A stretch of DNA of 64,000 bases from Vitrella brassicaformis CCMP3155 (lineage: Eukaryota > Protista > Chromerida), in NCBI GenBank assembly GCA_001179505.1, contig CDMY01000422.1, positions 1-64,000 of the forward strand. Direction: 5' to 3'. Positions within the stretch are counted from its first letter, which is position 1. Each line of letters begins with the position of its first letter. Shown one piece after another: positions 49,277 through 63,149 of the stretch. The notes under the pieces are model-generated. The model was not told the DNA's origin. It ran no database searches and was given only the letters and a program-made list of their open reading frames with translations. The translations under genes were made by a program, and so were the position numbers.

Positions 49277-49634
49277 CCAATATGTAGATGGACATATGTA
49301 GTAGGTCCTGTTCACTGATGGATGACCGAGATGGGATGGACGGGAGGGTGTAGGGTTTTGTTCCGTCTGGCTTTCAAACTGAAATATGTCAAAATGATAT
49401 ATGATATGTATAGAATAATCGGCCAAAATTTAATCGACGAAGCCGTTATGGCGACCCCTGCTAGCATCACTGCCCTCCTCAAGGCGAGGGACAGCGGCCC
49501 TTTCAGGGTTGGGCCCACGGTCGTCACACTTTTCTTTTTTGATTCTCTAGTCCCAATGCCGCCAGGCCTAATGAGTGCTAGCTCCCCATTGCAAACTGTA
49601 CTGCGCTTGTTCCACGGCGATATATGCTTGCCCT

Positions 49635-51960
49635 TCACTCGAACTGAGTACAACAGTTGATGACTTTCATGACTGTCTTTACATGCGCCGTTGTCCCCAT
49701 CCCCTTCTCCCTTGAACACGCGTTAGACGATAGTTCGCGAACTGGAAAAGCACCGCGCAGATGTACAAACCAATGCCATCATCGCATCAATGCCGACCGA
49801 AAGAGGCTAGATGATCCCACAGGCACCTAAACAACCGAGATACCCATCATGCCGCAAGAAAAGAACATCGAAGGGCTCCGGGGGCGACCCGAGATCGTCA
49901 GCGAGATCGGCAGCTGTTCCCTGAAGCGTCACGCAGATCCATATCGTTTGGCAAACCCAGGCACGCTGGTGCACATCTGCTGTGTGTCCGTTGGCTTGCC
50001 ACCATGGTCGGCGATCCCTCGGTACTAGCGTCGTGGCCTTCCTGAGCTTCGTGTTGCCGAGTGGCTGAGGCAGCAGGTGGTGACAATGCTGTCGGTGCTG
50101 GTCGGTTCTCCGCGTGCGGCTCGGCCTGGGCGCGTGCGCGATCATGCGGCTGGGCAGCTCGATGCCACGCTTCTGCGTAGTGGCGGGCGTAAAAATTGAC
50201 TCCCTCGGTGATCGACTGCATTGTCAATGGCCGATCGTTGATATACTTGCCCGCAAAGAATACCCTGACAGAGTGAGTGGTAAACGTAAACAAACGAGCG
50301 GGGCGTGGTCTCTGTCGACACACCCACCTTCTGACCCTGTGGACACTCCCGATCAAGTATGCGATGTAACCAAGGTTGTAAGAAACCATGTGTATGAGAC
50401 TCCGCGCAATGTCCTCCTTCCTGACACAAAACCTCTGCCACGTGTGAACATGTCTCTGGTGTGTCCACATACATGCAAATGCACCCGTACTTTGGTGATT
50501 ACCTCAGGCTTCCTCGCAGCTCAGTTGCCGATACACAGGTGTTCAGGGCGTATATTTTGCCAAAGCTGCTGGCAAGGGTATCGCCAGGAAGCACTCGACT
50601 CCCACCTGGAAAAAGGCAGCGGGACCACTTACAACGCTCTCCGTAACGACTCCCACCAGTTACAACGATGACCACTTACTCCGCTCCCCGAAGAGATCTC
50701 TGACTTTTAGGTCGAGCACGTCCTCTCCTGCACGTAAAAAGGTATCCCACCACAACAGGCGTCTGTGTGGTCTTGTTGACCTTTCTCTGACAGTCGAACG
50801 ACTTCCTCGAAAGACGAGGCGTTGAACAGCAGTCGGGCAAGGCCAAGGACGGTGCCTGCAAGCGCGGTCCAATAGCGAACACGAGAAGGAGAAGAGGAAA
50901 ATGAACGCATGCTTTTCAGCGGCCATCACCACCCCGTCCCTACCTCCGCCGATACACGTTCCAGTGACACGCAGAAACTTATCCGGAGCAGTAGCCTGGC
51001 ATTGAAATGAACACCTCAGTATCGCCGTCATGGATGGCTGTCCATCTACCTTAAGAATCGACACTCCAGACCCAATGTTGACGACAAGGAGGGGATACAC
51101 GTTCTCCTCCTGGTACATACAGCCAAACACCCTCACTCGGCGTGCATGGAAAGCAGAAAGCTACTGACCAGGTCGACAGGGACGCGTGTTCTGCTCGTCA
51201 CATCGAAACGGAACACGATGCTGTCTGTTGCTGAGCAAAAAAAGAAACCAAACAGATCTAATGAGAGAGGGACGTCCGCGAGGCAGACCTGGTCGGCCGC
51301 GGGAACCGAACCCTCGGGAGCTGCTCGCGGACGTCTCGCTCCCCTGCATCCGTCTCGTGCTGTGGCTGTGTTGCCGGATCAGAAAAGAGAGCCCATTCAT
51401 CAGCGACTGCATCTCGTCATTCTTGTGAATCTGAACTCCTGCAACTCAAAAAGCCATTCCCACAGGCGATTTCCGCGCACCATACACAGCTTTGTTTGTC
51501 AATACCAAGCTTCTTGCTGAGGAGGTCTTGATACTTGAATGCTCCTCCTCCGGTAACCTCCAGTGCCTGACCGGGTCTTACACCTACGACATCTGTAGGA
51601 AGCAAGACGGTAACGGACGCACACACACTGAAGCGCAGCGGGAACTCATCATCCTCACCCCTCAAAAATGTGATGAGATCCCCCATCTGTTTTGTCTGGA
51701 AATGAATGAAGCGCAGAGTGCGACCGTCCCCCACTGCAAAACACACAGAAGGAAAGTCGACACGCCCTGTCATTCACGGCCTGCGTACAGTCCAGCTCGA
51801 GATGGTCGTCTGGCGGAGAGAGCCCTTCGCTTTGATTGTGTGTTTCCCCTGTCGAGGAGAAGACGACCTTTGCTAAACTTCCGCCGACATCAAGACCAAT
51901 TTTGGGTGCTCCTGCGAGGGCGGGGGTAAGCGGAGGAGCGGATGACTCACTGGAGCGCAT
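49635..51960 (-). CDS. PANK: Type II (eukaryotic/fumble family) pantothenate kinase with insertions; multi-exon; last exon uncertain (stop at 49635 or 49807)
   Basis: KIGLDVGGSLAKV, VTGGGAFKY, DEMQSLMNGLSFL, YPLLVVNIGSGVSILKV, RVTGTCIGGG|TVLGL, LASSFGK, EDIARSLIHMVSYNLG, VFFAGKYI, FLRHDGYLGCLGA. Confidence 0.93.
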
Positions 51961-52181
51961 GATAGAGCGTCGACAATTGAGTCCTTTTTGTTCTTGGCGA
52001 GGAACGAACGAACGATCGCGTCCAAGAAAAAGGGGAGCAATCCATCTTCATCGTCGTTTTTTCGGCAGAAGTCATAGCACGGAGCCACGTAGGCAACAAG
52101 AACAGGGAAGAAACTCGTTTCGCCCACCTGCTTCCTTGCATGTTGCAGCCGGTCTGCCAGTCTGTCAGCGTGTTTCTCAGC

Positions 52182-55100
52182 ATGTCCCTCGCACTGGTCG
52201 TGAGGCAGACCGTCGAGATGCTGGCGATGGAAGGTGGGATCCACGGACTCCCAGTTGCGGAGCTGTGCGGCAGGCTGGACCTTCCAGAGGAGGTGCGCCG
52301 CAGGGTGAGTATCTGCTGGAGACCGCCTCGTCCGTGTTGTGATATACTGTAGGCTCAGGCGGCGCTGACCGATGCGCTCGCGGCGAGGGATGATATCGAA
52401 ATCGTCGCTGAGGTGATCGGAAAATGACTTGAATCTCCCATCTGCCTCTTGATCGCCTCCTGATGTGCTATGGACTCCTGGACGTATCCAGAGGGGCCAA
52501 ATGAGGGCACGCATTCGCCCAAGCAGCTCGTCCTCACGTCAGTTACTCAACATCGGTCACACCTACCCTCTGTCCAAGCACGAGGTGCGGCTCTGCATCC
52601 TTACTGCTATTGCTAAAAGAAGGTGTGAGAAAGCGATTGCAATCCTGCCACAAAACAATAATGCGGCACTCACCGATTCTTGCAGGTGCGAGGGATATTG
52701 GCAGTTCCAGCTTTCATGGGACCTCGGCATTGATCCGCGAGACGTGTTTCATCACGTCAAGGCCTTGACGCGAGACGGCTACCTTGTGCGCTTCGCGCTA
52801 GCCATTCCATCTTGGGCCCGCAAGCGGAAGGATGGGACGGTCATGGACCACAATGCAGGCAGCGTAGCCTCATCATCACTCATTTGGCTCGAAACTTACT
52901 TTGACCCTCTCCATATGCCTCGTCACGTGTGGGACCTGTTGTTTGCGTCCAAGCTCCAACCTTTCACAGAGAAGATACTGTCGATCATAAGTGCGCGACC
53001 TCAAGGCCTTATGCTCGAGAGCGACCTTGAGCTCCTGTGCCTCAGCTTTCTCAGTGAAGAGGTGTTCGGAGGAATTAATCTCAGTGAACATCAGATTTAC
53101 CAGATTAATTCCTGTTTCTCTTTTCTAGGTGTCGCCGGTGGCCAGCATGAAAAGCGCCAGAAGTCTTTACAAACGTCTCAGGTGGCAATAATTGTCGACG
53201 AGGTGTTGGGCCCTAGATCCGTGTCTGGCTCTCGCAGGCGACGTCTGTTGCACGACGACAAAGCGAGACGCGTTAAGACTTGGTGTCCGGCAACAGAGAG
53301 GACTGAAACTTGTATTTGCGTCAATGCGAATGCAGGGTAAGGGACGACATGTATAGCGATGTTCACTGATCCGTAATGACTCATTCGTTTCGACTGGGTG
53401 CAGCACCGCTGACCAATCAGTTGAACCGTTAATAGAAATGCCAGAGGTGGCGCAGCACGGCGGTGATCTCAAAGAAGAGGATGAATCAAAGTCCACGATA
53501 AGGGGAATGAAAAAGAATGTCTGCCGCACATCTGACACCTGTGTGTGGGCTGTCTCTGAACACCAGACGAAGTGAAAGAGCGGCAACTTTTGTTGAACCA
53601 TCGCCGGCGGATCAGGTGATGTTCCTTCACTCAGACACGCTGCCGCACCAGTTATTCGGTGGCATCAGATTCATAACCTTGTTCGCTCGACGGCATGCGG
53701 CGGCATCTTCACCCCCGACATTCAGTCTACCTCAGCCATACCGAAGAAAATGGTTGAGAAAGTGCTCGTGGTAACAGATGCTCCCCGTTGCTACCATTGT
53801 ACAGACTGTGCAGTTCACTTTGCAGGAGTTAGAAGAGGCGGGACTGGTCGCGAAGGAGTACCATCGACAGCAGGGCCAACAAGGAAACGCAGCCGTGTTC
53901 CGATTTCATGCAATGGACGCCGCTCCAAGGTTTGCATCCCGAACAAAACGCCCGTTGGATTATCCAATTTTTACGACTTCTTCACTCTCATCAGAACAAA
54001 ACGCGCCCCAGCACTTTCCGGAGATGCTCACGACAGGAAAGAATCTGGCCCTGCGGCAACCATTACACACCAGCTCCAGCGGCGGCTTAGATGGTGTGTT
54101 CAATTCATCGAGCGTGAGTGCCGGAGCATGCCCGCAGCTGAGAGTGGAGATGTTAGAAGAGGAAGGGGCGTTCTGATTACTGAGCTTCAAGACGTTGTTG
54201 GGTCGATGGAAAGCAGTGGGATGCCAGACAGGTAGCTTGAGGGGAGACTCCTTCTGCAATTCAAGCGAACGCGTGTCTTGTCATGTGTAGAAAAACTGTT
54301 GTGAAAATGCTTCCATCGATCCAGAAGATTTTGCCGACGCTCAAGATCTGCCAAGTAAAGATGAACAAATCACAGGTGCGAAAAACAGCTGGGCACCTTT
54401 CCAACGGAGCAATTTGGGGATTACATTGCTGCAATAGGCGGTCCGGTACGTGTTTCTTAGCGATGAGCTCAGCCAATCGGAAGCGGATGAGAGTGCCAAG
54501 CAGACAGTAACTTATTTTTCCCGCACAAGTTACTGTGCTATCATATCACCAGAGTTCTGTGCTCTATCAGTTGGGTTTTCGCAAACAAGCAGCACAAGAT
54601 GCAGCACAAAGAAGGAAAGGGAACCTACAGGGGAATCTTGCCACTGTGAGAACGTTGAACTGACGCGGAGAAACTTGATGGCGAAAGCATTTTTTCTTCT
54701 TGCAGGGCATCGTTGGCGTGTCGCTGGCGTCTTCTGGTCCCAGAAAGAGCACCAGGCGGAAAAGGGTTCGTGTGAACAAGACTTATTTTGGCCTAAGGAA
54801 ACACCAACAACAAATGCTAAATACTTAAGTAAGGCCTTTTTATTGCTCTCCGTTTTTCAGAAACAGCCTGACAAACTCAGGTTTCAACAAAGAGTTGCTC
54901 AATATTATGGCTACGTCTCGCCTGCAATGCTACGGCTCCAGCTGTTCCACCGCGCAGTTCTCGACTTAGCACGGGAGGCCCTTTTTCTCTCTGGTAGGAA
55001 ATAGAAAGAAACTCAAGCGAACTTCTCCTTGTCAACATCGCCGATCGGCAGGCTACCAAGAGCCCGCAACAATGGAGGACACTGCTTTGCGAACAGAAAA

Positions 55101-58100
55101 CGTTTTCCGAAACATGACTCTCGACACGTTCCTTCAAGTGGTATGTGCTTCGCAAGTTGATGAATTGTGTGTGCAGCTGCGCACAGTGCGTGGTTGTCTA
55201 ACTTTCAGCTCGGATACGGATCTCCACTGCAGTGGGTCGAGGAATATCTAGTCAGCAGCCAACCGCCCATGCGAATGAAGGAGGTGCCTGTTTTCGAGAT
55301 ACGCAGTTTGTTGGACCCAGGAGGTATGGCACGATGATGTACAGATCCACATACCCTGTCTTTGCTCACGACATTCATGCGCAGGTAGTTCGAAGCAGTC
55401 CCGAGAGAAGTACCTGTCGCGCATATCAAGACTGTTCAGTGCTCTCTGTAAGCACCGTGATTGCAGGACTTCTTTCCTTTTTTCCTCGCATTTCTTTGTC
55501 ACAGGTAACCTACATCTCGTGTCTGCCAATGAAAGCGCCCAACGCGTGTCCTGGATAATTCATCGTCGTGTCTCCCTTCACCGTTTTTCGAACGATCCGC
55601 ATGTACACGGGAAAGACGCGAAACATTCGTACCACGTCCATCGCGTCTGATGGTGTGTTCTTCGCAGCAACCTCAAACGGTCATCGGCTCGTTCGACCTT
55701 TGGGAGCGAACCGACTTTGGCCGCTTTTGGAGCACCTTGCAAGTCTGAGGGAACAAAATGGGGTCACAGGGCTTCAAATGGATATACCATATTGGATTAT
55801 GCTTGTAGGAAGAATCTTTCCGCTGGATTTCCACGAAACAGCCTGGTGTTCTGCAGAGTGTCGGGTCCGGGTCTGTCGAAACCAAAACCGCGGAAGACGC
55901 AATGGCTGAAAGGCGGAGCGAAGCGCTGGCCAGAAAAAAGGCACGAATTTCTTCATGGTTGCAGCGCAATTATTTTCTTTTTCTGTGTCAGAGAAAGGTA
56001 GACTGTCCAGCCAACGTGAAGTTGCGTTACTTGTTTTCCAAGAAGAACTGGAAATCTCAAAAATGCCTTGATGCAAGACGACAAGTAAGACGGGGCAGAG
56101 AACTAAAATACTTCTGTTGCCTCCCCTCCGTTGCCAGGCAAAGATTGAGGGGGTGGCAAAGAGCCTTTCCGACATGCCAGGTGGGAAGTCTAAAGGTGTC
56201 AGGTGAGTTCCTCCTCCGCGTTCCGCAGTTATTTCTGGTTTAGCCACAAGGCTCAATCTGCAGTCACAGGTAGATCTCATAGAATTGAATCAGATAATGC
56301 CGACTGAGCTGCTTCTAGCTGTTTCATGCTTTCTTAGGCAGCGTTCCACCCTCTCGTTCGCCGGCTGAGCTTCAGGTTCGTCAACCATCCGCACAACAAA
56401 GTGGGGCCTGGCACTTTGACGAGTGCAGGAAGTACTCCAACGGATTTCCGAGGACAGCAGCTGGAGCAAAAATTTGGCAGAGACGTCAACGAAGCGGCAG
56501 GAGTAAGAGAACGACCACTGTAATGCAGCTTCTTCTATTGCAACATGTCTTGTGTCTTTGCCTGGGATGCAGCAACCGAACAAGTCCGCGATCCTTCAAC
56601 TACTGCTCAAGACTACAATGCAGAAGAACTCGGACAGCTTCAGCTCGTTAGATGGGATAAGGGAGATGAGATTCGAAGGACAAAATTCAATTCACTGCGT
56701 GGCTGTCCTTTGACTGTCGCAGACTGACCCCGAATGGGCGGATGCCCTGCACCAGTTCAAGAAAGGTAAGGTAAGAGAGCCGTTCTGCATGTTCTTGTCT
56801 CTAAGTTGTCAAAACCCCATCTCTATGCGCAGATGAGGAGAATCGGTTGCTTGCCTACGCCGTGGTGGCGGAGCGTCTGTGCAGAGCACCGGAACCGTCG
56901 AAAGCCATAGGTCTTATCGCTTCAGTATCGCAACGTTCTCGCAGCATCGCTTCCCTAGCGCATCCTACATGGCTGGTAATGAGCTACAGCCGAGAAAGAC
57001 CCCTACAGCCTGTTTTCGCCGCACAGAACATGGAACTTTTTAGCGGCCACTCCAGTGAAAGATGTCGTCACGGTTTTATGATCATCGTGGCACGCACCCC
57101 GTTGGCCGGCCGTCTCTGGTCGAACTTCAGGTCATTGGTCCGTTTCGTGATCGACGAGTACAGAAGAGACTTGTTGTGTTTCCTCGCTGCAGAAAGCTGG
57201 GCATAGGCGCCTTTTGCGACTGGATTTGTCCCCCGACGATTAGTGATGTTGCCTATGAGGGATCTCTTGCGAACGTGACAAGCATTGTGCCCAGTGGCAT
57301 CTCGTTTTCGAAGGTTGTAGCGGAAGCGAAAACATCAGAGCCTGAGCTACTCATGCGTCGAGCATTTCTGCGGGTCTCGTCTCACGAACTATCCGAAGAA
57401 ACAAGCGCCGTAACATACGCTTCGTGCTTGTTTGTTTCATCAGATTCACTTGTTGACTCCAGTTTATGCATACCGAAGAAGCTGGGCGTCGACAAGTGTG
57501 GAGAGGCTGCTGAACCAGGACATCGAAACCACCCTTGCCGACTGGAAGCACAAAGGCTGGGTCACAATCGCAAAGACTGCTTCAACACCTCGCGAAATGG
57601 CCGTGCAGCACTATTTCTTCGATGCAGCAGCGAGAACATACGTCTTGTCGAAGTAAATTGTCAGAATTGAAAGAACGGAGCAGCAGTCTGATTTGGTCAC
57701 GGTGCCTTGACATCAGATCGGCGCGGCTTCTCTTATTTGGCAAATGCCGAGACATCATCAACGATATGACGTTTGACAGAGTTGCCAATGGCTTCCAGTC
57801 AGTCGTCAGTCGGGTGACCAACAGTGCCCGACAACCTCTGCGTCCGGTGTGGCAGCCATCGGATGATTCGACCGTCACACTGCGTGATACCTCTACGAAT
57901 GAAAGGGCGTTCATCTTGGTACTGAACAGCATCCGACTCCACCTTAGGGCAGAAGAGCCGCAGGTATGAAATCACCGAGAATATATGGTACGAAGGACTC
58001 TTGTATTTCTTGTTTCCTGCTTTCAGCCGAGATCATTCCAACGCGGTGCAACTGACGATTTTCCCTCTGGCACTGAAGCCGGAGACAACGCGTAAGCGCG

Positions 58101-60117
58101 CGGCCCTGTAATACGACAATCATCACAGCTACATGTTTGTCCCTATCTGGCCTATTCTTTGACCTCAGAGACGCAACTGAACTTTCAAAGTTTAGAAGGC
58201 GGGTACGACAGGCACTGGGAAGCAACGATCAGCAAGGTCCTTTCTTGGCACATGTCCTCCAAGCCGAGTCCGCAGATGAAGACGAAGTTTCAAACAGCAG
58301 CCGTGAATCGGCCGGAAACACAGACGAGAGGATCTCGCTCTCAACGGGAACGACGACGACGAAAGGATTGGAGAGCTTCCTGTCCGAGACGGCAATTATT
58401 GACTTGCTTCTTGTTGACAGGCTTCAGCGCAACCTCGAGATCCGAAGAACCAGCTTTCATGGTGGGGCTAAGCAGCGGACTGATTGCCCAGACCCTTCCT
58501 TCTTTCCCGTCGTGCTGAAAGCGGCTGCCATCGGGATGGGTTTGCAGCGGGGTCCATGCATCGAGCTTTCTGACGTCTACACGGTGTTGACAAGCGGGCT
58601 CTCTGGTGATGATGGCGTCCACATGTTTCTGGATGGAGTCAAGATATCCCAACCAGAACCCATTATTCCGTGCTACGATGAGGAGCGCGAGAATCAGTGT
58701 TTGCTAGACTCAAAAATGGCGGCGAGTTTGGAAATTGTTTCATCATGGCCCTCTCCAGCTAGCAACAAATTGTCACCAGACCCCAAAGCTGTTGGCGCTT
58801 TGCCCGAAAGATCTGACATCTTGTGTTTTCTTGAGGCGGCGACATCGTGGATGCTTCAACAGACAACCGCAGGCCCTCCTTTCAACTACTTGTCAACTTT
58901 CACTTATCCTCCGCGTTTCTCTCGTGGCGGCACTCTGGGTCCCGGCGAAGTCCGCTTCGACCCAACAGAGGTGCACTCCCTTGGACGTGCTTGTATTCGG
59001 CTTCTTCAACAAATTCAAGCAGGCGGTAGTGCTGGCATTGCATGGAGGGATCTAGTCTCGCTCTGGAGCCGCCAAGCCTGTCCACCTATTAGTACAGATC
59101 CCGAGAAAAATATCGAATATGTTGAGTGGAGATGTGCGCGGAAAGATGGCTACGTTGCGCGGCCAGAACGAGTGTCTGTATGTGACGGAAGACCCTCTAT
59201 CGAACTCACCATTGACTTCGAGGGAACGGCATCCAGGCCCAGCAGGGATCTGCTTTCTCTTCCTGCAGTACTTGGCGGCATTATTCCATTCCATACTGCT
59301 GACCATCAGAGGCTGCGGATTTGCGTACGTTTTTGTTTTCGAGCCTGCTTACAGTTACTGGAGACGCTTCGTCTGGTGGCCGTTTTCCCGTGTCAAGATG
59401 ATTTTCGCGTGGTGGCATCCGATAGCGCTTCATCCTACTGCCTGCCGATTCGCCGGATTTTTAAGTGTTTGCAAAAACCCGCAGCGGCCACAGGTCATCA
59501 GGAACACCCTCTTCCTGCTGCTGGATCCCTCTTCAAAAATACCGGAAGTGCTCACGTGCCTGTCTCTCTTTGGCGTCGTTGGGGCTCTCCTCTTGGTTCT
59601 CAATGCTATTATCACGCCGACGAGCAACAACGGCGATCATCTTCCTTGTATTTGCAACAGCGATCTGGCGCAATTCGCTATCTGAGCTCTCTTCTGAAAG
59701 GGACTTGCGATCTCATTACGCTCGATGACAACCTGGTGCCTGCATCAAGGTACGCGAACTATGTCTACATTTCACTTTCCATGCCTACCTCCTTATTTCT
59801 GTCTCTCACCGCTTCCAGTTGGGTGCGGCTCGACGGGCACCTGAATGTCATCCTCGTGTACATGCTTTCGCTACGAGTGATGCGTCTCGTTCGAGCTCTT
59901 CCAGAAAGCACTATTGATTCCGTGAGTCTATTAATGGAACGGCTGCCTTATCTGCTACTGTTTTCTCTCTCTCCTGCCTCTTCTGTTCTTTGTTTAGGTC
60001 TGTGGCCGCTTTGTGTTGCTGGACGCTTGCGAGACGAGGTTCTTGATCGAATGCTTGGTGATTGAGGGTTCACTCGAACTAGCAGATGACGGAAGTTTGA
60101 TCAAGTGCACGTCTTAG
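52182..60117 (+). CDS. GTF3C1: Probable TFIIIC B-block-binding subunit (GTF3C1/Tfc3-like); large multi-exon gene
   Basis: N-terminus MSLALVVRQTVEMLAMEGGIHGL resembles the xxEvAlEGldG start. B-block-type winged helix EVRLCILTAIAKR|RCEGYWQFQLSWDLGIDPRDVFHHVKALTRDGYL. Long downstream ORFs. Predicted last exon VCGRFVLLDACETRFLIECL..., stop at 60115-60117. Confidence 0.7.
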
Positions 60118-60305
60118 AAGAGAAGTATGTCACCCATGTCTGATTTCGTACATGATTCTGCCATCGTGCTGCGTACGATCCGAGACAGTCCCACTCCCAC
60201 ATTAGATACACCTCGATTATCACATTCGAATATCCATCTGATATTCCCGTGACAATCTATCTGTGTGAAACATGGCCATCACGCAAAGAGCGCCAGACTT
60301 GCATC

Positions 60306-62256
60306 TCACGTGTATATGCTCGGGTCTGAAAGAAAGTTAATCCAATTCTGTTTAATGTTCCGGTTCCCTTCCTACCGATTGACGATGGAATCGGTCTGAT
60401 CTCGGTGCCCAACTCTTGCTCGATCCTGAGGCCGTGCCAGCAGGGAATCGCAGTTCCACAGGTCGCCAGAGCACATATTGATCTCCACAGGGATGTACCT
60501 GTAGAGATTGAAGCGGTCTTCGAACGTGATGAGGTTGATCGCCAGGCCCAGGTGGCCATATCGCCCACTGCGCCCGATTCTGTGAAGGTACGTCTCGCTG
60601 TTCTTGGGGAAGTCGAAATTGATGACCACGTTGACACTCTGAATATCAATGCCTCGGGTGAACAAATCTGCAGTGACGGCATTATGTGGACAGTTTCCAA
60701 CTACATCGCTTGTGTTGTTTTTCCCTTCACACCTGATGACACGAGGCAACGGCATGCACCGTTCCGAAAGTCATGGAAGACCCGGTTTCGGTGGTTCTGC
60801 ATCATCCTTGCGTGAATGAAGAAGCATGAGTAGCCGAGTTCGGTGATCTTCCTGGCCAGCAGCTCCACCCTCGTGACACTATTGCAGAAGATTATCGCTT
60901 GATTGATCTGAAGCTGGAAAGACGGGGAGACAAACGCCGACAGGGACGGCCGACGGGATGCGAAGCTGATGCCGATCGTCTCAACTCACCTTGGAGAAGA
61001 GGGTATTCAAGCAGTGGACCTTCTGCCTCTCCTCCACGAAGGCGTAGAATTGCGTCACTCCCTGCAACGTCAGCTCCTCCATTAAGTTGATCTCGTGCGC
61101 ATCAGGCAGATACTTGTCCTTGAACTGCTTGACTGTGACAGGGAAAGTGGCCGAGTACAGAAGGATCTGTCGTTCGCTTGGGAGAAAGCGGAAGAGCTCT
61201 TCGATCACAGGCTGGAATTCTGGGGACAGCAGCTTGTCTGCTTCGTCCATCACTAAGATGTTGCAGTTGGACAGATCGACCACGCCCTTGTTCGCCAGGT
61301 CCAGCACCCTCCCTGGGGTGGCAACCACCACGTGAGCTCCCTGGTAGAAGCGCATGATGTCCTCTCTCAGGCTTGTGCCGCCGGTGGACACCATGCAGTC
61401 GACGTTCATGTGCTTGCCAAGCTCCTTCACCACTGCCGACGTCTGTAGCGCCAGCTCACGGGTCGGGACCAGTATAAGTCCTGAAGCAGAACAGAACTGG
61501 CGATGTATACCGTATGTGTGAGATAAGCGCAGTCAGTTGTTCTAATACCTTGTATTGCTTTTTTCATGGTGGACGTCTTCTCCAGAAGAGGGATGACGAA
61601 GGCGGCAGTCTTCCCAGTCCCGTTTTTCGCTCGTGCAAGAACGTTCTTGCCGGCGAGAGCAACTGGTATGCTCTCCTCCTGGATGGGACTTGGCTTCTCG
61701 TACCCCTGACATTACCCGCCGTCTCAAGAGATACCATGTGATCTCCCACCTTGTTTCCGCCCACCTTCTCAAATATTCCCATAAGCAGCTCGCGCTTGCT
61801 GCACATCAACACATCCAACACGTCAATGTGGTCGCAGGAACATCCGGGGCTGTTTGGCGGTTACAGGAAGTAGTCTTCGAAGTCGTTGCCTTTGGTGCCA
61901 GTAACGTCCTTAGTTTTGACGCGGTTGTCCTTCTGGGGCGGCTTGAGAGTCTCCTTCCAGTTGTCGTCGTTTGCAACCGCAGCGGCTGGGTTGGAGGCAC
62001 TGCCAGACATGTTGTAGTTCGACGACGGCATGCCCTGGTATCCCCCCGCGCTGTGCTGCATGCCCATCGATGCACCGCCATAGTTGCTACGCCCAGGTTG
62101 CACCCCAGGGCCACCGTACGCGTTGTAGCCGCCTGTCAAGAACGGGAAGAAACGTTCCACCCAGCAGGAAGACAACCCGAAGGCGGCACGTCTGTGGCAT
62201 CTTCGCTCTGTCCCTTTCTCACCTTGGTGGGTCGAGCGTGGCCTGCCGTAGTGCAT
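60306..62256 (-). CDS. DDX6: DEAD-box RNA helicase DDX6/Dhh1/DOZI; multi-exon
   Basis: [22 protein letters not shown] region, [104 protein letters not shown]-rich N-terminus. Confidence 0.97.
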
Positions 62257-62701
62257 CTTTCACTTCAGAGATCCTCGACAAACTGAGCAGATCTCGAATG
62301 GGGACGTTGCGAGTGTATGGAGAACCTGATGTTCCCGCTTTTCCTATCGACGCGCAACGACGACTGTATGGATCCGGGTCGACGAAAGGTTACGAGGGGA
62401 GAGGGTCCCCAATTTCGCTTAAGCGGCTTTCCGATATGAGGAAATCCAAGGAGGAAACGCCCGGTCTCAATCCCGCCCTCCCACCTCACCCGATCCCGTG
62501 AAGATCTGGCGACAGCGTATGGTGAAGGTGGGATGCAATCACCGTATCGGCGGCATGCAATCTGACAGCGTATTTGTGAAACGGCTGCTACGTGATTCAC
62601 CCGGTGAGCTCGAGCTCTCGGGCGGGACTGGCAGAGTTTCTTCTTTGTCCTCACCAATGAGGAAGATGTTCAAAATGCACGTACTTGGCCCCCCCCCTCC
62701 C

Positions 62702-63001
62702 NNNNNNNNNNNNNNNNNNNNNNNNNNNNNNNNNNNNNNNNNNNNNNNNNNNNNNNNNNNNNNNNNNNNNNNNNNNNNNNNNNNNNNNNNNNNNNNNNNN
62801 NNNNNNNNNNNNNNNNNNNNNNNNNNNNNNNNNNNNNNNNNNNNNNNNNNNNNNNNNNNNNNNNNNNNNNNNNNNNNNNNNNNNNNNNNNNNNNNNNNNN
62901 NNNNNNNNNNNNNNNNNNNNNNNNNNNNNNNNNNNNNNNNNNNNNNNNNNNNNNNNNNNNNNNNNNNNNNNNNNNNNNNNNNNNNNNNNNNNNNNNNNNN
63001 N
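62702..63001. other. Assembly gap (300 N)
   Basis: Run of N. Confidence 1.
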
Positions 63002-63066
63002 ACACATACACACACACACACACACACAGGCACCCACACCACACGCATTCACACACACACACACAA
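63002..63066. repeat. Imperfect (CA)n microsatellite
   Basis: Seen directly. Confidence 0.9.
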
Positions 63067-63149
63067 CTCACGAGACACAACATGCGCAATTTGTTTGTTC
63101 GCATCGTGGCTGAGGCAGATGTTCTCTCAATGTGGTATCTCTGCACAGT

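Noticed and set aside
61950-62256. Prion-like G/Y/N-rich N-terminus of DDX6 as a novelty
   Set aside because: Low-complexity N-terminal extensions are ordinary in DDX6-family proteins.
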